Assembly: GCA_018303725.1 (NCBI GenBank)
Contig: JAGVXP010000050.1
Location: 13,579 to 77,578 of the forward strand
Source of the DNA: Candidatus Woesearchaeota archaeon
GTDB taxonomy: Archaea; Nanobdellota; Nanobdellia; Woesearchaeales; JAGVXP01
Direction: 5' to 3'
Length of the DNA: 64,000 nt
In this document: positions 57,102 to 64,000 of the stretch, in pieces
Numbering within the stretch: position 1 is the first letter of the stretch
How the letters are laid out: the number at the start of each line of letters is the position of its first letter
The notes under the pieces: model-generated
The model's input: the letters and a program-made list of their open reading frames with translations, nothing else
The model's database searches: none
What the model was told of the DNA's origin: nothing
Translations under genes and position numbers: made by a program

Positions 57102-57659
57102 ATGGTTAAGAAGAAAACTGAGAAGAGAGACATAACTGTGGTGAATATAGTTGTTTCTACATCTTTAAAGCATGATATACCATTGGAAAAGATGGCAACA
57201 ACACTTTCTAACACCGAATACAATCCAGAACAGTTTCCTGGGCTTGTGATAAGGATAAAAGAGCCAAGAACTTCTGCTTTAATCTTCAGCTCTGGTAAAA
57301 TAGTCTGTACTGGAGCAAGAAGCATGGAAAAAGTGGAAGAAAGTATAAAAAAAATCATCAAAAGTCTGGAAAAAATCAATGTTAAGATAACAATTAAGCC
57401 TGAGATAAAAATCCAAAATATAGTGGCTAGCGGCAGTGTTGGCATGGATTTGAACCTTAACACCTTGGCTATGAAGCTGGAAAACACAGAATATGAGCCA
57501 GAGCAATTTCCCGGTTTAGTTTACAAATTAGCGGCTGCTAAAGCGACATTCTTATTGTTTAGCAATGGAAAAGTTGTTTGTACTGGCACCAAGTCAGAAA
57601 AAGAGGTACACACAGCCCTGGATATGCTCATTGCTAATTTAAAGAAGGTTAAGGCATAA
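57102..57659 (+). CDS. tbp: TATA-box binding protein
   Basis: Direct-repeat TBP fold with EQFPGLVIRIKEPRTSALIFSSGKIVCTGA and EQFPGLVYKLAAAKATFLLFSNGKVVCTGT. Confidence 0.95.
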   Translation: MVKKKTEKRDITVVNIVVSTSLKHDIPLEKMATTLSNTEYNPEQFPGLVIRIKEPRTSALIFSSGKIVCTGARSMEKVEESIKKIIKSLEKINVKITIKPEIKIQNIVASGSVGMDLNLNTLAMKLENTEYEPEQFPGLVYKLAAAKATFLLFSNGKVVCTGTKSEKEVHTALDMLIANLKKVKA

Positions 57660-57729
57660 TCAAAAAGGCACTGGCCATGCTCTCGCGTGAGATATATAAG
57701 CTAGGTTGTCTCATCTTCAGCTGGTAAAA

Positions 57730-59748
57730 ATGGATGCAGAAGAGCAAATAAAGAAGTTAGGTGAGTTTTTAGAGGCTAATTACCATTCTAAATTATTGGA
57801 GCATATAAGAAAAGGCGAAAATTTTCTTATAGTGGATTTTACTGAACTTTCTAAATTTGACCCTGACCTTAGTTTAGAATTATTAGAAAATCCGGAAGAG
57901 GTCATAAAAGCTGCTGAGTTATCTATAGAACAGTTTGACTTGGGTGAGAGAGCAAAAGGGTTCAAAATACGATTTAATAATCTTCCCAAAGACCAAAGCA
58001 TAATGATAAGGGATATAAGAAGCAAGCACATTGGCAAGCTTTTTTCTATTGAAGGCATAGTAAGGCAGAAATCTGATGTAAGGCCGCAGGTAACAGCAGC
58101 CAAATTTGAATGCCCAAGTTGTGGAAATATAATTGGCATATTACAATTAGATGCTTCTTTTAAGGAACCGACAAGATGTGGGTGTGGCAGGAAGGGAAAG
58201 TTCCATTTGCTTAATAAGGAGCTTGTAGATGCACAGGGCCTAGTTCTAGAAGAGAGTCCCGAAAGTCTTGAAGGTGGTGAACAGCCTAAAAGGATGAGCG
58301 TGCTTTTAAAAGACGATTTGGTTAGCCCTATGTCAGAAAAAAAGACAAACCCCGGCAGTAAAATTTTAGTTGTTGGTATAATAAAAGAGGTCCCGATTAT
58401 ACTGAGAACAGGGGCAAAATCAACAAGATTTGACCTCATTATAGAAGCAAATTATATTGAAGCTATGGAAGAAACCTTTTTGGAAGTTGAAATTAATGAG
58501 GAAGAAGAAAGGAAAATAAAAGAGCTTTCTCAGGACCAAAATGTTGTTGGAAAGATGGTTGACTCAATAGCTCCATCTATATTTGGCTATGAGAAGATAA
58601 AAGAGGCATTGTTATTGCAATTGATGGGCGGCGTTAGAAAGATAAGGAATGATAAGGTTGTTAGCAGGGGGGATATCCATATTTTGCTGATTGGAGATCC
58701 GGGGGCTGGTAAAAGCGCTTTGTTAAAAAGAATTAATTTAATAGCTCCAAAAGGCCGTTATGTAAGCGGCAAAGGAGTTAGTGCTGCTGGATTGACTGCA
58801 AGTGTAGTAAGGGACGAGTTCTTAAAAGGGTGGTCATTAGAAGCAGGGGCAATGGTTTTGAGTTCAAACGGAATTTGCTGTGTTGATGAGATGGACAAGA
58901 TAGGCCCAGAGGATAGGGGGGCAATGCATGAAGCACTTGAGAACCAAACTGTAAGTATTTCGAAGGCGAATATCCAGGCAACATTATTAGCTAGAACTAC
59001 TGTCTTGGCTGCAGCAAACCCAAAATTTGGAAGGTTTGACCCTTATGACATCATTGCCAACCAGATAGATTTGCCCCCTACACTAATAAACAGATTTGAT
59101 TTGATATTCCCAATAAAAGATTTGCCTGATGAAACAAGGGATAAAGCAATGGCTTCGCACATCTTAAACTTGCACCAAACGCCAGAAATGAATGAACCAG
59201 AAATATCCACCCCTTTTTTAAAAAAGTATGTTGCATATGCCAGGCAAAAAATAAACCCAAAATTGACCGATAGCGCTCTTGAAGAGATAAAGGATTATTA
59301 TATAAAAATGAGGATGAGCGGCTCGGCTGAAGGAAGCATTAAAACAATTCCAATCTCCCCAAGGCAGCTAGAGGCACTAGTAAGGATGTCGGAAGCTTCA
59401 GCTAGGATTAGATTGAGCGACAAAGTCACAAAAAAGGATGCCAGAAAGGCTATTGATTTGCTGCAGTATTGTTTAATGCAGGTTGGGTTTGACGAAGAAA
59501 CCAAAAAATTTGATATTGACAGGATAGCTACTGGTATTACTGCCTCACAAAGAAGCCACATTGTCAGCATAAAAGATATAATCGCTGAATTGGAGAACAG
59601 AATTGGAAAAACAATACCTATCGATGATATTGTAGCAGAAGCCAAAGAAAAAGAGATAGAAGAGGAAAAAGTAGAGGAGATCATCGAAAGGCTAAAGCGT
59701 TCTGGCGACATCTTTGAGCCTAGGAGGGGTTTTGTCCAGAGAATTTGA
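57730..59748 (+). CDS. mcm: MCM replicative helicase
   Basis: Zn finger (CPSCGN...CGC), Walker A GDPGAGKS, Walker B CCVDEMDK, arginine finger SRFDL, and a C-terminal wH. The start at ATG 57730 is preceded by the TATA box GATATATAAG (57691-57700). The ORF-track start at 57706 is a TTG. Confidence 0.93.
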   Translation: MDAEEQIKKLGEFLEANYHSKLLEHIRKGENFLIVDFTELSKFDPDLSLELLENPEEVIKAAELSIEQFDLGERAKGFKIRFNNLPKDQSIMIRDIRSKHIGKLFSIEGIVRQKSDVRPQVTAAKFECPSCGNIIGILQLDASFKEPTRCGCGRKGKFHLLNKELVDAQGLVLEESPESLEGGEQPKRMSVLLKDDLVSPMSEKKTNPGSKILVVGIIKEVPIILRTGAKSTRFDLIIEANYIEAMEETFLEVEINEEEERKIKELSQDQNVVGKMVDSIAPSIFGYEKIKEALLLQLMGGVRKIRNDKVVSRGDIHILLIGDPGAGKSALLKRINLIAPKGRYVSGKGVSAAGLTASVVRDEFLKGWSLEAGAMVLSSNGICCVDEMDKIGPEDRGAMHEALENQTVSISKANIQATLLARTTVLAAANPKFGRFDPYDIIANQIDLPPTLINRFDLIFPIKDLPDETRDKAMASHILNLHQTPEMNEPEISTPFLKKYVAYARQKINPKLTDSALEEIKDYYIKMRMSGSAEGSIKTIPISPRQLEALVRMSEASARIRLSDKVTKKDARKAIDLLQYCLMQVGFDEETKKFDIDRIATGITASQRSHIVSIKDIIAELENRIGKTIPIDDIVAEAKEKEIEEEKVEEIIERLKRSGDIFEPRRGFVQRI

Positions 59749-59815
59749 TTTGCCAAAAGAAAGATATATAAATGAGCTGTTTCTTGATATATGCGGGGGC
59801 CGATATAATTCTAAA

Positions 59816-60475
59816 ATGGCAGAGCAGATTCAAAAGAGGCAAATAGCATGTAAAGCAAGGATTGGGGATGTTATTAATGGTAAATATGTAAAAGAAGAGG
59901 GGTGGCAGCCAAATTACATAATAACAAATGATGGAAAAAAGATCTCTAGGATAAACCTTATTGCTTCTGTTGTTTTAAAGCCGGCAAATGAAAACCTAAA
60001 TTACCAAAATATAGTGTTGGATGATGGTAGCGGAAAAATCTCTGTGAGAAGTTTTGAAGAAAATGAATATACCAAGGACATAAATGTTGGCGATGTTGTG
60101 TTATTGATAGGCAGGCCTAGGGAGTATGGAAATGAAAAGTACATTGTTCCGGAAATCATAAAAAAAGTTGAAAATCCTCTTTGGATAAAGGTAAGAAACC
60201 TGGAGTTGAAGAAGGGCAAGACAATAGCCAAAAACACAATTAATGACAATGAAGAGCCAATTCTAAAAGAAGAGCCGATTGAGGTTATAGAAAACGGCAA
60301 GCCATCTAACAAGATATGTGAATTGATAAAAATTATTGATACTGGAGAAGGGGCAGACATTGAGGAGGTTATATCCAAATCAAAGTTTGATGAAGCTGAA
60401 AAGATAATAAGGAATTTGTTGGAAGAAGGGGAGATTTTTGAAGTAAAGCCGGGAAAGCTAAAAATTTTAGAATAA
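59816..60475 (+). CDS. RPA-like OB-fold protein with C-terminal winged helix (RPA32-like)
   Basis: OB fold CKARIGDVINGKYV...ISRINLIASVV...GDVVLLIGRPREYGNEKYIVPEII, plus C-terminal wH EEVISKSKFDEAEKIIRNLLEEGEIFEVKPG. Immediately downstream of mcm. ATG start at 59816. Confidence 0.5.
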   Translation: MAEQIQKRQIACKARIGDVINGKYVKEEGWQPNYIITNDGKKISRINLIASVVLKPANENLNYQNIVLDDGSGKISVRSFEENEYTKDINVGDVVLLIGRPREYGNEKYIVPEIIKKVENPLWIKVRNLELKKGKTIAKNTINDNEEPILKEEPIEVIENGKPSNKICELIKIIDTGEGADIEEVISKSKFDEAEKIIRNLLEEGEIFEVKPGKLKILE

Positions 60476-61366
60476 GAGGGGAGTTATATACACTTCAATA
60501 AATGCTGCTACCAATAAAAAACCGACAGCTATTATCAAAAGTTCAGATGAGTCGAGCAGAATATTGCTAAACTTCTTAGAAGCATAGTGGTGTTTGATTA
60601 CAGCCACGGATATGATCCCTCCAGCTAAGCCGCCATAAAAATAGGCTACTATCTCTGGTATGCCGTGAATAGCATATCTTAAAAGGCCCAAAGAAACTAC
60701 TTGAAAATATGCTGCAGCATTTGCAAAGCCAACAGAGGAAACATACGCGCCTATATTGGATCTTATAAAATTTCCTATAGCTGTGCCTATCACTGTGGCA
60801 TTCCATGTCAAAATAAAGATTGCTCCGGCGCCATATATGAAGGCGAATAAAATACAAAATGCCAATACTTTCAGGTTGTTGAATAATATCTTCGTAAAAA
60901 GATTAAAATTTTGAACAACATTTCCCGAAATTTGGTTGTTTATGTCTGTTATTGTTTGTGTTTGTTTCTGGAAAAGATAGCCGACGGTTTCCGAAGGTAA
61001 AACCACATACCACAGCACAGATGAGAGAGTTATCCCCAAAAATAAAAACATTAAGAATACAATGGCCTTATTATGTTCCTTCAATAACAATTTTTCTTTG
61101 TTTATTTCTATGTCTTTGCTTTCTTCAAGCTGCATTGTGCCATAAACAATAGGCACAGCTGCCATAACTGTTAGGAACACCATAATGAAGCTGGCTTGTT
61201 TCTCAAAAATCCATAGTGACAAAAAAATAGCTACAGATGTATACAAAAAACCAATAAAAAACATTTCCCATGGCTTTTTTTCTGCTTTTAGTGGAAAAAG
61301 CAATGACTCAATTACCATAGCCACGCATATATCTGCCCTGTTTAAATAGTTTTTGATGGCAAACAA
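60467..61366 (-). CDS. SpoIIM/DUF95-family integral membrane protein
   Basis: 6 TM helices. RYAIHGIPEIVAYFYGGLAGGII resembles the DUF95 HGifElpa motif. Confidence 0.5.
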   Translation of the reverse strand: MFAIKNYLNRADICVAMVIESLLFPLKAEKKPWEMFFIGFLYTSVAIFLSLWIFEKQASFIMVFLTVMAAVPIVYGTMQLEESKDIEINKEKLLLKEHNKAIVFLMFLFLGITLSSVLWYVVLPSETVGYLFQKQTQTITDINNQISGNVVQNFNLFTKILFNNLKVLAFCILFAFIYGAGAIFILTWNATVIGTAIGNFIRSNIGAYVSSVGFANAAAYFQVVSLGLLRYAIHGIPEIVAYFYGGLAGGIISVAVIKHHYASKKFSNILLDSSELLIIAVGFLLVAAFIEVYITPLLF

Positions 61367-61403
61367 TTAAATTTATATAATAAACTGAATTTCTCCTTCT
61401 AAA

Positions 61404-61814
61404 ATGGATTATAGAAAATTGCTTAAGGAAGCTAGGGACAATCTGCCAAAATCTGTTTTTGAGAAAGAAAGATTTGAGATACCCAATGTTATGGGCCACA
61501 TCCAAGGAAATAGGACAATAATAAGCAACTTTATTCAAATTGCTGGCATCATCAGAAGGGAACCCGAGCATTTATTGAAATATGTTTTAAAAGAATTGGC
61601 TACTCCCGGTGAGATCAAAAAAAGCGGCAGTGTTATAGTTGGGACAAAGGTTCCTGCTTCTAGAATTAATGAAAAAATAAGGAAATATGCAAATGAGTAT
61701 GTTCTTTGTACAGAATGCGGCAAACCGGACACAAAGATAATGAAAGAGGGGGACTTTGCTTCTCTTAAGTGTATGGCTTGCGGTGCTAAACACCCCGTAA
61801 AGGCAAGGATATAG
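61404..61814 (+). CDS. eif2b: Translation initiation factor 2 beta subunit (aIF2-beta)
   Basis: eIF2beta/eIF5 core plus a C-terminal zinc ribbon CTECGKPDT...CMACGAKHPV. Confidence 0.85.
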   Translation: MDYRKLLKEARDNLPKSVFEKERFEIPNVMGHIQGNRTIISNFIQIAGIIRREPEHLLKYVLKELATPGEIKKSGSVIVGTKVPASRINEKIRKYANEYVLCTECGKPDTKIMKEGDFASLKCMACGAKHPVKARI

Positions 61815-61820
61815 GTAGTT

Positions 61821-62117
61821 TTGATGATTGTAAAAATCCATAAAACCAATGACGGAAGAAAAATAATTGCAGTTTGTGATGACAATTTATTAGGAAAAAA
61901 ATTTGAGGAGAAGAAATTACAGTTAGATTTGACTTCTAATTTTTACAAAGGTGACAAAAAAAGTGAAAAAGAGGTTTTAGATTTAATCAAGGGGGCGTAT
62001 ATTGTGAATTTTGTTGGTGAGAAAAGCATAAGAATAGGGATAATGGCAGGTATAATAAACAAAGGGGGCGTCATAAGAATTAAAAATATACCGCATTCAC
62101 AAGCAATTGTTTTATGA
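61821..62117 (+). CDS. Small conserved archaeal protein (DUF424-like), unknown
   Basis: 98 aa. IAVCDDNLLGKKFEE...YIVNFVGEKSIRIGIMAGII. Co-directional and adjacent to aIF2-beta. Confidence 0.3.
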   Translation: MMIVKIHKTNDGRKIIAVCDDNLLGKKFEEKKLQLDLTSNFYKGDKKSEKEVLDLIKGAYIVNFVGEKSIRIGIMAGIINKGGVIRIKNIPHSQAIVL

Positions 62118-62124
62118 TGGCATC

Positions 62125-64000
62125 CTAAAACCATTTGCCTAATGCTATCTGTTTTTCTTTATCTTTGCCAAAAATGCCTTCCACACGCCTTTTTGTTAAT
62201 TCGAGGTTTTGTTTTAAATAAGAAGGAAGGTCATATTTTTCGGCTAAACTTATCGCTGGCTCTAAATATTTTATGATAGAGCCTTCAGAAATGGTGAATA
62301 TTATCCTATTGCCACATTTAATGCACTTCCCAACTAATGGCGGCCTTCTATATTTTTCATTGCATTTTACACACCTAAACTCTTGTTGGGAAAATTTCCT
62401 TAGGTTACCCTTTATATCCCTCAAGAAATGTTTTTCTATTACTAGTCTCGCAACATCTGTTGTGGTTACTGCCCTTATTTTTTCTGCTAATTCCATCTGT
62501 CCTTTTAGCTTATCCTCCATAGAAGGCAGTGTTTTATAAGCAGAGCACCTTATGCCTGCATTAATATTTTTTGTATCGTGTGTAAAACCCATACCTTCGT
62601 ATTGGAATTCTGTGTTCAATCTTTTTCCAATTTGTTCTATTTTAACATCCCATGGTTGCTTATACCCCAAACATGCCTCATAAAATTCTAATGAATATCT
62701 CCACGCAACATCCATATCAAACACCATATCATCTACTTCGCTGGGTATTAATACAGAAGTTAATACTAATGGAGCATCTTGTGTTGCACCCCTGCTGTTT
62801 GGTAAAAACCACCTAGAAAAATTCAACAACGCATCCATCAGAAGCGTCACGCTAGCTTCATCCCCATCGCAATCCCTTCTTGTAGCGGCATGTAACATTG
62901 GATGCGCATAAAAGCCCTGTGTTTTTGAAAAACCAATTATTCTGCCAACAATGCCTGCAGAGGTATGCGGAGCTAATGCAACCACTAAATGGCCTATTAG
63001 ATCAGATCCAGATTTAAGATTATAGAAAGGCTTTAAACCATAAAGTTTTTTTAGTAATCCATCAATAAATAAAGAAACCTTGAATAATATCTTGTCTGCT
63101 CCTAATTCGGGGCTTTCATCACAGGAGGGAAGTATGATGTCCTGTGGTTTAAGTTCTAAAATTTGGTCTGTGTCCTCCAGTTCTTTTTTGTTGATATCTT
63201 TGTCATAGCCTAATTCCTTTAATTTTTCTATTGGCGTTCCTATCTCTTTCGGTTTAAAATGGGTTATTGGCAGTTGTGTCATATCATATCTGGTAGTTCC
63301 GTCCTTGTTAACATAAACATCATTTTCTGCCCTCAAAATCCCTTTGATAAGGTGTTCTGGGATATGGTCTTTATTTGAGGTTCCTTTAACTCCTTTTATA
63401 AGGTCCGGGAATGTCTTCGTTTTTAAGTTTTTTAAGATTTGGTTAAAATAATAATTTATATCAATCTCTTGTTTTTTGAAGGTAGCTGCTATCCCGTGTT
63501 TTGGGCAATTTTCATTATTAATCAACCCACATACATTGCAATAGTACATCTTTTTGGTTTTTCTGTTGCAATTTTCACAAACACTGAATATCGTTTCTTT
63601 ATCGCATTCCATGCATTTGTACAGGGGAAAATCTGCATTTATTTTACCTACCTCCAATGCACTTTGGAAAGACCTTAACCTATCCCCTTCTTCTCCTACA
63701 GGAAAAAGAACATGAGGACTGCCCGTTAATTTTCTGATTTTTGCTTTCTCTGGCCTGCCCATCCTTGCGCCAATGAATATGCCGGCCTTATCCCTTATTC
63801 TGATGGGGGATATCTCATTTATTATCTCTAAGGGGTTTTTTTCTTTGATTTGGTCTATTTTTTGTTTTATTTCTTCTAATTTTTTGTCTAATAAATTAAA
63901 AGAAATCAAAAATGCCCTAGCATCATCTTTTTCGACAACAACATACTCGTTTGATGCTACAATGTGCGGAACGCCAACTAACTCCAAAACCCTTTTTGGC
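62125..64000 (-). CDS. polC: DNA polymerase II (PolD) large subunit DP2, C-terminal ~620 aa (gene runs off the window end)
   Basis: Catalytic double-psi beta-barrel motifs GHLVVALAPHTSAGIVGRIIGF and HAATRRDCDGDE, zinc ribbons CVKCNEKY...CIKCGN. The ORF is open to the window edge. Confidence 0.85.
   Translation of the reverse strand, partial: PKRVLELVGVPHIVASNEYVVVEKDDARAFLISFNLLDKKLEEIKQKIDQIKEKNPLEIINEISPIRIRDKAGIFIGARMGRPEKAKIRKLTGSPHVLFPVGEEGDRLRSFQSALEVGKINADFPLYKCMECDKETIFSVCENCNRKTKKMYYCNVCGLINNENCPKHGIAATFKKQEIDINYYFNQILKNLKTKTFPDLIKGVKGTSNKDHIPEHLIKGILRAENDVYVNKDGTTRYDMTQLPITHFKPKEIGTPIEKLKELGYDKDINKKELEDTDQILELKPQDIILPSCDESPELGADKILFKVSLFIDGLLKKLYGLKPFYNLKSGSDLIGHLVVALAPHTSAGIVGRIIGFSKTQGFYAHPMLHAATRRDCDGDEASVTLLMDALLNFSRWFLPNSRGATQDAPLVLTSVLIPSEVDDMVFDMDVAWRYSLEFYEACLGYKQPWDVKIEQIGKRLNTEFQYEGMGFTHDTKNINAGIRCSAYKTLPSMEDKLKGQMELAEKIRAVTTTDVARLVIEKHFLRDIKGNLRKFSQQEFRCVKCNEKYRRPPLVGKCIKCGNRIIFTISEGSIIKYLEPAISLAEKYDLPSYLKQNLELTKRRVEGIFGKDKEKQIALGKWF

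Noticed and set aside
57065-57487. 140-aa ORF overlapping the TBP gene on the opposite strand
   Set aside because: It is completely embedded in the highly conserved TBP coding region. It is hydrophobic nonsense and spurious.
1-64000. CRISPR arrays
   Set aside because: No run of three or more regularly spaced direct repeats of 25-40 nt was seen. The only short direct repeats are the two ~20-nt copies at 45943-45962 and 45993-46012 and the K/E-codon repeats in eL32.

Overview
This is an AT-rich archaeal chromosomal segment of roughly 35% GC. Proteins carry long lysine/glutamate-rich tails and genes use GGTGA-type Shine-Dalgarno sites, which suggests a small-genome, possibly DPANN-like archaeon. 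The lineage was not determined.

Content from left to right:
- 1-7 kb: the 3' part of the ribosomal-protein/SecY operon (uL6, eL32, eL19, uL18, uS5, uL30, uL15, SecY, DUF106/Oxa1-like insertase, eL34, eL14).
- 7.9-21 kb: a long minus-strand operon for aromatic amino acids (split transketolase, DAHP synthase, aroB, fused aroD-aroE, aroA, aroC, tyrA, pheA) running into pheS and pheT.
- 21.3-24.2 kb: a decaying locus with a frameshifted TrmB-like regulator and a frameshifted, internally deleted acetyl-CoA synthetase gene.
- 24.3-25.3 kb: pelota.
- 25.5-33.3 kb: an accessory cluster of secreted and membrane proteins. It holds a 391-aa membrane-anchored protein, a 1148-aa multi-TM giant protein with a large ectodomain, and three tandem paralogous lipoprotein-like genes.
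- 33.3-44.6 kb: housekeeping genes (RFC small subunit, PRC-barrel protein, Cas4-like nuclease, TyrRS, M16/M24/M29 peptidases, PAN, and a membrane-anchored Asp-racemase-like fusion).
- 44.6-47.2 kb: an island with an unknown degenerate-P-loop protein, a GC-rich highly structured non-coding segment of unknown class, and a free-standing double-motif LAGLIDADG-type endonuclease gene.
- 47.3-52.3 kb: Trm5-family methyltransferase, FEN-1, a wH protein, tRNA-splicing endonuclease, RNase Z and Hjc.
- 52.4-55 kb: a second TrmB-like regulator divergent from a leuA/cimA-family gene.
- 55-57 kb: a vapBC-like pair, then an HNH endonuclease fused to five tandem FCS-type zinc fingers, flanked by short inverted repeats.
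- 57-64 kb: TBP, MCM, an RPA-like OB-fold protein, a SpoIIM-like membrane protein, aIF2-beta and a truncated PolD large subunit.

No rRNA genes or CRISPR arrays were seen, and no tRNA genes were found (only selected intergenic regions could be searched by eye). A 20-nt palindromic operator-like motif is shared by two unrelated promoters, and a 99-nt block is identical between the two TrmB paralogs.
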